Assembly: GCA_034439715.1 (NCBI GenBank)
Contig: JAWXAY010000010.1
Location: 1-64,000 of the forward strand
Reading direction: 5' to 3'
From: Pseudomonadota bacterium
Lineage (GTDB): Bacteria; Bdellovibrionota; Bdellovibrionia; Bdellovibrionales; SG-bin7
DNA: 64,000 nucleotides
Part shown: positions 1-8,545 of the stretch, piece by piece
How positions within the stretch are numbered: position 1 is the stretch's first letter
Layout: each line of letters begins with the position of its first letter
Notes under the pieces: generated by a model
The model's input: the letters and a program-made list of their open reading frames with translations, nothing else
Told to the model about the DNA's origin: nothing
The model's database searches: none
Position numbers and translations under genes: made by a program

Positions 1-414
1 AGACTTGCAAGTCGTGGTGAACAAGTGCCAACACCACTCGAACACGCCCGCAAAACTCGAGCCGCATAGTCAATAACCGCCCTTATGACTTGGTTACGGT
101 CTTCCAGAAAGAAAAATAACTTTATGGTCTATTCTGATCGGACTCATTCGGTCTCCTGATGGAGGCCAATAAAATCATACGAAAAATAATAATCACAATT
201 TGCGGTGCATGAGCCTGGTGTAACACATATTATCCAACATAATGTCCGACCCGCCCAGGTTTATGAGTTAGCGGCCATTTGCTTCACGGCTACTATTAAT
301 GTTTCTAGCGGCTTGCTCCCGAGGCAGCTTCGGTTTTCAACGGAATACCGAATTTAGAATAAATTTTGAGTTTTTAATACCACGGTTCCGTCTTCATTTT
401 GAACGACAGATGTC

Positions 415-1389
415 TTACTGCTCAAATGGATCGACTCCAGTCTTTTTCCGTTCTTCCACCTTTGCGACATACCATGAGCTTAGTCCCGCCGTCGTCAGTA
501 CCGCAAAAATAACAAGTAATGAAATCCAACTTGGAATTTTGATGAAATCGACCAAAAGCATCTTTACACCAATAAATCCTAAAATCGCAGCAAGCCCCGG
601 TTTCAAATAACGAAGTTTCGTAACCCAATCTGCAAGAACAAAATAAAGTGCTCTAAGGCCTAAAATTGCCAGGATGTTAGAAGCAAATGCGACGAACGCA
701 TCTTGGGTGACTGCGAATACCGCAGGAATCGAGTCCACTGCAAAAACGAGATCCGTCACTTCAATTACGACGAGCGCCAGAAAAATAGGTGTAGCCTTTC
801 GCACTCCGCCTTCCATAACAAAGAAGTGGCTTCCATTAAATTTATCCGTAGTCGGAAGAAGTCGCTTCAACAAACGAATTGACCAGTTTTCTTTGGCATC
901 AATTTTTTCATCCGTCTCACGCAAAAATTTAACTGCTGTTATGACAAGAATGAGTCCAAAAATATAGAGCACCCAATGAAATGAATTTAGTAAATGGGCA
1001 CCTAACAGAATAAATACAGCCCGCAGTACAATTGCGCCCAACACTCCATAAAAAAGGACACGGTGCTGGTAAGCATCTGGGATTCGAAAAGAACTGAAAA
1101 TCAGTAAAATAATAAAAAGATTATCTACGCTGAGGCTTTTCTCAACCAAGTAGCCAGTTAAAAACTCTAGACCAAGTTCCGTGCCAAAAGACATCGCAAA
1201 CCAGGCGTTGAAGCTAAGGGCAATGGCAATCCAGATTCCACTTTCAAGCAAAGCCGCCTTGGTTTGAACTTTGTGATTCCCACGTCCAAATAAACTTAAG
1301 TCGATTACCAGCAGGACAAGAATACCAAGAGTAAACGCAATCCAAAGCCATGGAGGTGCAACAGAGATGTCAGTGACGAACTTACTCAT
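415..1389 (-). CDS. TerC family integral membrane protein
   Basis: 324 aa, multi-TM, TerC/Alx-like sequence pattern; last gene of a tightly packed minus-strand operon. Confidence 0.75.
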   Translation of the reverse strand: MSKFVTDISVAPPWLWIAFTLGILVLLVIDLSLFGRGNHKVQTKAALLESGIWIAIALSFNAWFAMSFGTELGLEFLTGYLVEKSLSVDNLFIILLIFSSFRIPDAYQHRVLFYGVLGAIVLRAVFILLGAHLLNSFHWVLYIFGLILVITAVKFLRETDEKIDAKENWSIRLLKRLLPTTDKFNGSHFFVMEGGVRKATPIFLALVVIEVTDLVFAVDSIPAVFAVTQDAFVAFASNILAILGLRALYFVLADWVTKLRYLKPGLAAILGFIGVKMLLVDFIKIPSWISLLVIFAVLTTAGLSSWYVAKVEERKKTGVDPFEQ

Positions 1390-1399
1390 TTATCCTCCC

Positions 1400-1930
1400 T
1401 TATGAAGGCTTCAGTTTCGCGGGGCTACTCTCAGATGCATGAAGCACCTTTTCAGTGTAGGCCAGCGCCAGAGTTGAAAATAAAAATACGATGTGAATAA
1501 TGACCTGCCACTTAATATGATCGGGATCTTTCTTGCTGACGTCGATGAAGGACTTCAGGAGATGAATACCCGAGATACCTACTAAGGCTCCGGCTAACTT
1601 TACTTTTAGAGTTCCAGCGTTAATTTTTTCAAGCCAGTCGGGACGGTCCTCATGTTTGTCCAAGTGAATGCGACTTACAAATGTTGCGTATCCACCGATG
1701 ATAACCATAACGAGGAGGTTCAAAACCATAGTTATATCAACTAGAGTCAAAATCCCGAGCATCAGAATTTCTTCAGTGATTGAATTAACTGTTGCGCAGA
1801 GGTGCACAAGCTCCACCAAAAATTTGTAGGTGTAAAGTACAGCTCCTACGATAAGGCCACCATAAATGGGTGCTTGAATCCAACGGCTTGCAAAAATTAT
1901 TTGCTCAAAAAAATTCTCAATGCGTTTCAT
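1400..1930 (-). CDS. yqhA: UPF0114 (YqhA) family membrane protein
   Basis: 176 aa; N-terminal FEQIIFASRWIQAPIYGGL resembles E. coli YqhA; 10 bp upstream of terC-like gene. Confidence 0.65.
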   Translation of the reverse strand: MKRIENFFEQIIFASRWIQAPIYGGLIVGAVLYTYKFLVELVHLCATVNSITEEILMLGILTLVDITMVLNLLVMVIIGGYATFVSRIHLDKHEDRPDWLEKINAGTLKVKLAGALVGISGIHLLKSFIDVSKKDPDHIKWQVIIHIVFLFSTLALAYTEKVLHASESSPAKLKPS

Positions 1931-1942
1931 AGATGCCCCAAC

Positions 1943-2266
1943 CTAAAATACTTTCCGTAGCATTCCTAAAAATCCCTTCGGCTCCTGGCTTTCAAGGAGA
2001 ATTTGAAGTTCGCCATTGTCAAAATAAATACCTTGGCATTGAACACATTTATCTACCTTGATTCGCGTGAGTTCAATTTCTTCCATTTGATCACCGCACT
2101 TTGGACACTTCATCCAATTCGGATTATTGGATTGATCTGTCATTTCAATTTTCTTGGCGTCCAACTCAATGCGCTTTCGCTCAAGCAAATCCTTGTTGAG
2201 TTTATAGAAATAGGCTTCTTCTTGGCTATATTGGTCGCGATCCTGATTCATATCCTGTCTCCTCAT
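1943..2266 (-). CDS. TFIIB-type zinc-ribbon (zf-TFIIB) small protein
   Basis: CPKCG...CVQCQGIYFDNGEL motif, two CxxC pairs; paralog of the ORF at 6651-6914. Confidence 0.6.
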   Translation of the reverse strand: MRRQDMNQDRDQYSQEEAYFYKLNKDLLERKRIELDAKKIEMTDQSNNPNWMKCPKCGDQMEEIELTRIKVDKCVQCQGIYFDNGELQILLESQEPKGFLGMLRKVF

Positions 2267-2567
2267 TTTTAGTTAAAGATTCTGTGTAGCTATTTTTTTT
2301 CGACCGACCATGGGCGCTGTTCGTCACATCGCGAAAACGTTGGTTTTCAAACTGATACCCAGATTTTTTTGCAACCGACCGACGCCTAATCATTCTCCAA
2401 ACGACCCAACTGATAACTAATACAGGAAGGATCGCCCACAAATATCCACGTGCTCCAATTGCAGTCGCCTGGATCAGGCGTACTATAACAGGAGAAAATC
2501 GAACTAACGCGATAACCAGGATAAGCATCAAAATATATCGGAGGAGTCCGTTTCGTTGAGCTTTCAC
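2226..2567 (-). CDS. Small membrane protein, possible NfeD-like partner of the SPFH protein
   Basis: Two hydrophobic helices followed by a basic tail; 4-nt overlap with the upstream SPFH gene; start codon uncertain. Confidence 0.4.
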   Translation of the reverse strand: MKAQRNGLLRYILMLILVIALVRFSPVIVRLIQATAIGARGYLWAILPVLVISWVVWRMIRRRSVAKKSGYQFENQRFRDVTNSAHGRSKKNSYTESLTKNEETGYESGSRPI

Positions 2568-3400
2568 TGTGTCTTGATATTTCCAATTGGCAGTAAGATG
2601 TTAGCGCCGCCACTGCTTCCTCCGCCGCCAATTACTAGTGGTGAGACACCATTCCATTTTTCTACTATTTGCAGCTGCACTAAACCTGGGTTGTCCTGTA
2701 CTGCGCGACCACGAACCCGAATGGCCTCGGCCTCACCTTTAGCGCGAATCACCGCGGTCTGCGCTTCGATTTCTGCTTTAGCTTGCGTAAACTTTGCTTT
2801 CGCAGCTTCTTGCTCTTGTACCATTTTCGCTTCGATCGCTGTCTCAAGCTCCTTAGAGAGCGCCACATTCTGAATAACCACATCCTCGATCACCAGTAAA
2901 TCACCCACTTTTGCCCGCGCCGCCTCGAGAGTCTTGGCTTTCACCTCTTCACGTTTTTTTACAATCTGTTCGGCACTTTGTAGCGCTGTGACTTCCTTGA
3001 GTGCCTCACTTATTCGTGGCGCGATTAAGCTGTCGAATGGATCGCCGGAATAATCACGGAACATTTTCACGATCATGCTTTCGGGAATTCGATAAAGTAC
3101 TCTCAATTCAACATCGATCTGTTGAAGATCAGAAGAATAGCATTCTGTCTTAGCGATGGTGGTTTGTTGGCGTACAGATATTGGGACGACGGTCGTTACC
3201 AACGGAAGTTTGAAGCCTAATCCTTCAGGAGCAAAAACTGGAGATACCTTACCCATGGTTACAGGCACGCCGCGATGCCCAGGCGGGATGATAAACGTGC
3301 TACCAATGGCCATCACAGCCACAACAAAAATGATAAACCCGATCTTGATGAGTTTCGCATTTTGCTTGAGGTTTCTAAAAAATTCTTCGCCTGGATCCAT
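2564..3400 (-). CDS. SPFH/band-7 (prohibitin/HflC-like) protein
   Basis: N-terminal TM then SPFH core and Ala/Glu-rich coiled coil, Gly-rich C-terminus. Confidence 0.75.
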   Translation of the reverse strand: MDPGEEFFRNLKQNAKLIKIGFIIFVVAVMAIGSTFIIPPGHRGVPVTMGKVSPVFAPEGLGFKLPLVTTVVPISVRQQTTIAKTECYSSDLQQIDVELRVLYRIPESMIVKMFRDYSGDPFDSLIAPRISEALKEVTALQSAEQIVKKREEVKAKTLEAARAKVGDLLVIEDVVIQNVALSKELETAIEAKMVQEQEAAKAKFTQAKAEIEAQTAVIRAKGEAEAIRVRGRAVQDNPGLVQLQIVEKWNGVSPLVIGGGGSSGGANILLPIGNIKTQ

Positions 3401-3441
3401 TCTGTACTCCCCTGGTCTTTTGTTATGAATTTGTCAGTGTA

Positions 3442-3471
3442 TCTAATTTTACAATTTATAAAATTAGATAA
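3442..3471. promoter_or_regulatory. Perfect 11-bp inverted repeat (TATCTAATTTT-N8-AAAATTAGATA) upstream of the SPFH operon start
   Basis: Read directly from the sequence; 40-70 bp upstream of the CDS starting at 3400 (minus strand). Confidence 0.4.
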
Positions 3472-3502
3472 TTAAGACAATATAGTTTGTTTTAATCGAA
3501 TG

Positions 3503-3543
3503 TTAATAGAGCGTGAACGTCTTAGTCAGCTTTGGAGCAATCG
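3503..3543 (-). pseudogene. Relic of a LysR-family gene 3' end (duplicate of 4328-4368)
   Basis: About 36 of 41 nt identical to the 3' end of the LysR gene at 4328; minus-strand translation IAPKLTKTFTLY* versus IAAKLVKTFTLY*. Confidence 0.5.
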
Positions 3544-3575
3544 TTTTTAAGTTTTCCTTGTGATTGAGATACAGA

Positions 3576-4118
3576 CTAAGAACGGGAATTATCTGATGGG
3601 GTAAAAATTTTCGCTTCCACCAAATGGCCACCGCGTACAGTTGCCCCCAATACCAATCCAGCACAAATAAGAACGAGATTTTTTATGATATGGTGGCCCT
3701 CCATAGTGAGAGCAAACGGAGCTTGATCAAAGACAACTTCTGGCAAAAAGATAATCGGTGTAGATGTCGCCAGCATTTGCAAAAACAGAAACAGCAGAGT
3801 AGCTCGCATGCAAATTTTAAAAAGAAGGCCAAGCCCGATAAGACACTCAATCGTAGCCAGCATGTAGACCGCAATAGGTGCGGGCAAGTTTCCGAAAGTG
3901 ACAATCTCTGTAGTGCGTTCGATCAATCCGATAGTAGGACTCAGGTTAGGAAAAAACTTAAGGGCTCCAAACCAGATAAAAATTAAACTAAGACTCACGC
4001 GCAAGTATGTAACGCTATACTTAGCCATCCAGCCGGTAATCGCTGTATCGATTTTCTCAAAAGGCTTGGATACAATTTCCATTGCCGCATATTTATCTGG
4101 AAACATGCCACAAGCCAA
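3576..4118 (-). CDS. DUF417/YkgB-like (DoxX-related) membrane protein
   Basis: 180 aa, four predicted TM segments, family-like pattern. Confidence 0.5.
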   Translation of the reverse strand: MACGMFPDKYAAMEIVSKPFEKIDTAITGWMAKYSVTYLRVSLSLIFIWFGALKFFPNLSPTIGLIERTTEIVTFGNLPAPIAVYMLATIECLIGLGLLFKICMRATLLFLFLQMLATSTPIIFLPEVVFDQAPFALTMEGHHIIKNLVLICAGLVLGATVRGGHLVEAKIFTPSDNSRS

Positions 4119-4327
4119 TAAAATAATCGGGAGTCAGTCAACCGCTAGAAGGGAAGAAGTCGACACGGCTATAATCAGCTTGGCTGAATAATTAAACCAG
4201 CATAGGCACATACATGGCCCTGAGGTTCACTTGCGATAATTTTTTGGTAAGGCGCAGGTTCGACTAGCTGGAGTTTTCCAGCGCCCTCTAGAATAGATCA
4301 AATTAGGTAGCTTGTTATAATCAAAAA

Positions 4328-5215
4328 TTAATAGAGCGTGAACGTCTTTACCAGTTTTGCAGCAATCAGATTTTCAAGTTTTCTCTGGGCTGATACCAGC
4401 CAAATTTCCTCATGCACACCTTTCAGTGTCCCTATGTTCTGGAGTAATCCCTCTTTAATCAAATCCTCACTGGACACTTCTGAAAGCGGGGCAAGCCCGA
4501 TTCCTTGTTTCGCAAGCAGTATTTGCAAACTGGTGTCCTGAGTTTCTGCTGTGGGAATAATGCGGATATTCTGAAGCTTAAAATAGTGGTTTAAATCATG
4601 TCTTAGTTTGCTATGGACCGTCGGAAGCACGAATGGTTGATCATTAAGAGAGTGAGGAAATGTTCGCTTAAGTTTTCGGAAAGCTGGACTGCCAAATATA
4701 GACACGGGTAGTTTTGCCACCGATTTTGAAAACGCCTGCCTTATCTCTAAACCCGGAGGCGGATAATTAGACAAAATCAGATCAATTTTATGATTGTAAA
4801 GCTCGCGAAATAACTCGTCACCCTTTCCTTCAAGGATAGAAACTGTGCAAGTGGAAGAAATTTTATAAGCTTCCATAACCAAAGAAAGTATTACGCTTTT
4901 TGGTACACTATCAAGGGCGCCAACTTGCAGATGAGTCTGGTCGCCACTCGTGCGATCTTGTAGCACCTCAATCATTTCATCGCCAAGCCTAAATATTTCA
5001 TTTGCATAATCAAGAGCTGCTTTTCCAGCCTCAGTGAGAATCATTTTTCGATTGCGACGTTCAAAAAGAGGTTTCCCAATCATTTCCTCTAGCTGTTTAA
5101 GTTGAGTGCTAAGCGTTGGCTGGCCCAAACGTAGCTTTTCGGCAGCCTTTGCAATTCCACCCTGCATAGCGATTGTTCGGAAATAGTAGAGGTGATGATA
5201 GTTTAGCCACTGCAT
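4328..5215 (-). CDS. LysR-family transcriptional regulator, NhaR-like
   Basis: N-terminal LNYHHLYYF...HTH motif typical of the NhaR subgroup; 295 aa. Confidence 0.8.
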   Translation of the reverse strand: MQWLNYHHLYYFRTIAMQGGIAKAAEKLRLGQPTLSTQLKQLEEMIGKPLFERRNRKMILTEAGKAALDYANEIFRLGDEMIEVLQDRTSGDQTHLQVGALDSVPKSVILSLVMEAYKISSTCTVSILEGKGDELFRELYNHKIDLILSNYPPPGLEIRQAFSKSVAKLPVSIFGSPAFRKLKRTFPHSLNDQPFVLPTVHSKLRHDLNHYFKLQNIRIIPTAETQDTSLQILLAKQGIGLAPLSEVSSEDLIKEGLLQNIGTLKGVHEEIWLVSAQRKLENLIAAKLVKTFTLY

Positions 5216-5324
5216 AAAACGTCTTTCTTAATAGTTTGTTTTAACATAACTGTTTGATTGCATTTATCGTCTTTAAATAAGAATCCGTCAAGGCTATACT
5301 GGATGCAATTGTGGAGGTGTTTTT

Positions 5325-5696
5325 ATGTTCACGGTTGTTTTTAAAAATCTAGATAAATCAGATTTAACAAAAGAAGCTGTAATCACAAGACTGCAAGAAA
5401 CCATCGATCGCTTTCCCGATCTTGTAGGGCATAAAATTACAGTAACTTTAAGCATGGAGAATTCGCCACAGCAGGCAGGCCCCGACCATTTTACCGTAAA
5501 AGTTCATGTACGCGGCAAGAAGTATCGGGATGTGCTGATTGAGAAGTCAGCAATGAACTTATACTTGGCGCTAGCCGACGTGAACGAACATCTTTTAGAA
5601 AGACTGAATCGCATGGGAGACCGCACAAGAGTAAAGCTGCGAAGTAAACGGATACGATTATTAGACCATCCAGATGAAGTTGAGGATGGGTTATGA
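5325..5696 (+). CDS. Ribosome-associated inhibitor / hibernation factor (HPF/RaiA-like)
   Basis: 123 aa; beta-alpha-beta-beta-beta-alpha pattern resembling the sigma-54 modulation protein family; overlaps htpX start by 4 nt. Confidence 0.45.
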   Translation: MFTVVFKNLDKSDLTKEAVITRLQETIDRFPDLVGHKITVTLSMENSPQQAGPDHFTVKVHVRGKKYRDVLIEKSAMNLYLALADVNEHLLERLNRMGDRTRVKLRSKRIRLLDHPDEVEDGL

Positions 5697-6598
5697 CTTG
5701 GTTTAAAAGAATTGGTTTATTTTTAGCGGTGAACGTCTTAGTGATGGTCACCATTTCGCTGATCTTGAATGTTTTGGACGTGAAGCCCTACCTAACCCCG
5801 TATGGCCTCAATTACCAATCTCTTATGATTTTCTGTTTAGTCTGGGGTATGGGCGGAGCCTTCATCTCACTCGCACTTTCTCGAATTATGGCGAAGTGGA
5901 TGATGGGAGTTAAAATTATTTCTCCTGATACGAAAGATTCCGATCAACGCGAACTCCTTCAGATGGTCCACGTACTTGCAAGAGCCGCACATTTGCCAGC
6001 CATGCCTCAAGTGGGAATTTATGAATCCCCCGAAGTAAATGCATTTGCTACGGGTCCAACTAAATCACGTTCTCTAGTTGCTGTTTCGAGCGGACTGCTT
6101 CAACGCATGAAGCACGCTGAAGTTAATGGCGTATTGGCACATGAAGTAGCCCACATTGCCAATGGGGACATGGTAACAATGACACTGATCCAAGGAGTAG
6201 TGAACGCTTTTGTGATGTTCCTTGCTCGTGTTATTGCCTTTGCTCTTACAATGGCTGGGCGAAAAGATGATCAGGAAAGCCAAGGAACTCCGTTTACATA
6301 TTATGCAGTTCAGATGATTTTAGAAATCGTTTTCATGATACTTGGTTCGGTGGTCGTTGCTAAATTCTCTCGATACCGTGAATTTAGAGCCGACGCTGGC
6401 GGTGCTCGGCTGGCTGGGCGAGAACATATGATTCAGGCATTGGAATCATTAAAGAAAACATTTGAAAGCGTTAATCCAACGGAACAGCCCGCTATTGCGG
6501 CTTTAAAAATTTCAAGCAGGCCTGGCGGAATTATGAAATTATTTTCAACGCATCCACCACTTGAAGAGCGAATCAAAAGATTAAGAGCAGCTGTTTAA
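5693..6598 (+). CDS. htpX: Zn-dependent protease HtpX (M48)
   Basis: HEVAHIANGD HExxH motif, N-terminal TM helices, 301 aa. Confidence 0.85.
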   Translation: MTWFKRIGLFLAVNVLVMVTISLILNVLDVKPYLTPYGLNYQSLMIFCLVWGMGGAFISLALSRIMAKWMMGVKIISPDTKDSDQRELLQMVHVLARAAHLPAMPQVGIYESPEVNAFATGPTKSRSLVAVSSGLLQRMKHAEVNGVLAHEVAHIANGDMVTMTLIQGVVNAFVMFLARVIAFALTMAGRKDDQESQGTPFTYYAVQMILEIVFMILGSVVVAKFSRYREFRADAGGARLAGREHMIQALESLKKTFESVNPTEQPAIAALKISSRPGGIMKLFSTHPPLEERIKRLRAAV

Positions 6599-6650
6599 TA
6601 AATGCGACTTTTATACAAATGTCTTAAAGAACAAACATCGGAGGAAAAAA

Positions 6651-6914
6651 ATGAAATGTCCAACCTGTCCAGAAGTTACATTGGTTATGACGGACCGACA
6701 AGGAATTGAAATCGACTACTGTCCACAGTGCCGAGGCGTGTGGCTTGATCGTGGCGAACTTGATAAGCTCATCGAAAAATCGGCTTTACCTCAAACTTCA
6801 TCTGCAAGTAGACAGGCTGTCCGGTTTGAAGACGATAGGGACTCTAAAGATGATTATCGTAAAGATCATTACCATAAAAGAAAAAAGTCCTTTCTTTCGG
6901 AGATATTTGATTAA
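6651..6914 (+). CDS. TFIIB-type zinc-ribbon small protein
   Basis: MKCPTCP...CPQCRGVWLDRGELDKL; paralog of 1943-2266; good RBS GGAGG. Confidence 0.6.
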   Translation: MKCPTCPEVTLVMTDRQGIEIDYCPQCRGVWLDRGELDKLIEKSALPQTSSASRQAVRFEDDRDSKDDYRKDHYHKRKKSFLSEIFD

Positions 6915-6932
6915 TTTAGAAAAAGGAAAAAT

Positions 6933-7304
6933 ATGATCTCTTATTCGATCTACAAAATCGTTCATCTCGTAGGCGTCATGATGGTTTTTCTTTCGCTGGG
7001 CGGGGTCATCATGCACGCGATCAATGGTGGTGGACGAGAGCATTCTTGGCGTAAGCCTGTCGCCATCACTCATGGCATCGGATTACTTCTCGCGCTTGTG
7101 GGAGGCTTCGGCCTTCTCGCTCGTCTCGGTGTCATGCACGGAACACTGCCAGGATGGGTAATAGCGAAGCTAGGAATATGGTTAGTCTTCGCAATTCTGG
7201 TTGGTGTCGTTATCAAAAAGAAATCTTGGGCCAAGCCAGTTTGGATTATCGCATTAGTTCTCGGTGGAGCAGCGGCGTATCTTGCTGGAAGTAAGCCGTT
7301 CTGA
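6933..7304 (+). CDS. Small membrane protein (4 TM)
   Basis: Hydrophobicity pattern only. Confidence 0.4.
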   Translation: MISYSIYKIVHLVGVMMVFLSLGGVIMHAINGGGREHSWRKPVAITHGIGLLLALVGGFGLLARLGVMHGTLPGWVIAKLGIWLVFAILVGVVIKKKSWAKPVWIIALVLGGAAAYLAGSKPF

Positions 7305-7323
7305 AATTATTCACTGGAGAAAA

Positions 7324-7902
7324 ATGGGGCTTTCTGAGAAATTTCATAACAGAATACAAAGATACATCAAGATCTTACAAAAATATGCTGATCGCATTTG
7401 GTATCCGCCCCTTATTGGAATGCTTGCGGCTCTTGATAACTTCGTCATTATCATACCCAATGATGGGATTTTGATTTCAAGTTCCATGCTAACACCCCGA
7501 CGATGGTTTTCTCTAGCCCTCAGTGTTGCAATTGGATCTACCGTTGGCGCAAGCATACTGGCTTCCTTCGTGGAAACCCAAGGGTTTGAGTGGATTCTTG
7601 AAATGTACCCAGGAATAAACGAAACAAAATCCTGGATTTGGACAGCAGATTTTTTCGAAAAATACGGAATGCTTCTGGTTTTTATCGTAGCGATTACACC
7701 TGTGATGCAGCAGCCTTCGATTATTGTTGCGAGTTTGGCTGAAACTCCACTTTTTTTATTAGCCGCCATCGTATTTTCAGGAAGATTTATCAAGTTCCTG
7801 TTAATGGCCTATGTCGGATCTCACGCGCCGAGATTTCTTAACAAAATGTGGGGACTTAAAGGCGAGTTGAATGATGTGGGAATAAATAGGGACACGCTCT
7901 AG
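7324..7902 (+). CDS. YqaA-like (DedA/VTT-related) membrane protein
   Basis: ATG at 7324 preceded by GGAG; WYPPLIGMLAALDNFV...IPND pattern. Confidence 0.45.
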   Translation: MGLSEKFHNRIQRYIKILQKYADRIWYPPLIGMLAALDNFVIIIPNDGILISSSMLTPRRWFSLALSVAIGSTVGASILASFVETQGFEWILEMYPGINETKSWIWTADFFEKYGMLLVFIVAITPVMQQPSIIVASLAETPLFLLAAIVFSGRFIKFLLMAYVGSHAPRFLNKMWGLKGELNDVGINRDTL

Positions 7903-7903
7903 C

Positions 7904-8545
7904 CTAGTACAGCTGCCCCAGAATCAGCCTTGGATCGGGATAAATTCGTAAAGCCATTTGTAAATCTAATGTGGAAACTACGCCTGGCATATCGCAACAA
8001 TTTGGTTTGATGAGAGAAATTTGTACGTGAACATGCGGTGGCCATCCACCATTTTCTAATTTACTTCCAACATGTGCAATCACATCTCCTTTTTTAAAGG
8101 ACGCTCCTTTTTTCAGATCTTCAATCGAATGATGGCGTAGGTGTCCATAAAGCACCCAAAATCGTAATTTTTTAATCTGATGAGACGTGATCAGCGTTCC
8201 GCCGTAGTCACCCAAAGCAGAGTTTACTGTTTTGCAAAATATTTTTCCGTCTAAGAAGGCATAGACGGGAGTACCTTCCGGTGCACCTAAGTCAATCCCC
8301 ATATGGACGTCTCGTTTTTGTTGATTGCATCCTTTTTCTAAAAACAGGTCCAAATTGTACATGTTGGGTCTTTGCTCATTATATTTACCAATCCCAAATG
8401 GATTCAATGCTGCTCTATCTGAATTATTTCCGTTGGCAAAATCAAAAACTTCATACTGATCTGGTAAGATGATGACAGGGTGAAAATCATAACCGCCAAA
8501 CAATTTAATTAAATTCAAAGATTTGTTCCCCATGAAAGGCGCCAC
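7904..8545 (-). CDS. M23 family peptidase (LytM domain)
   Basis: HMGIDLGAPEGTPVYA ... GHL ... HVHVQI motifs. Confidence 0.7.
   Translation of the reverse strand: MAPFMGNKSLNLIKLFGGYDFHPVIILPDQYEVFDFANGNNSDRAALNPFGIGKYNEQRPNMYNLDLFLEKGCNQQKRDVHMGIDLGAPEGTPVYAFLDGKIFCKTVNSALGDYGGTLITSHQIKKLRFWVLYGHLRHHSIEDLKKGASFKKGDVIAHVGSKLENGGWPPHVHVQISLIKPNCCDMPGVVSTLDLQMALRIYPDPRLILGQLY

Noticed and set aside
299-610. 103-aa plus-strand ORF
   Set aside because: Lies antisense to and largely inside the 3' end of the TerC gene. Low-complexity translation and no start context. Treated as a spurious antisense ORF.
4245-4275. tRNA-like GGTTCGA motif (ggcgcaggttcgactagctgg)
   Set aside because: No matching T-stem complement, acceptor stem or anticodon arm could be built around it. 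Judged not a tRNA.
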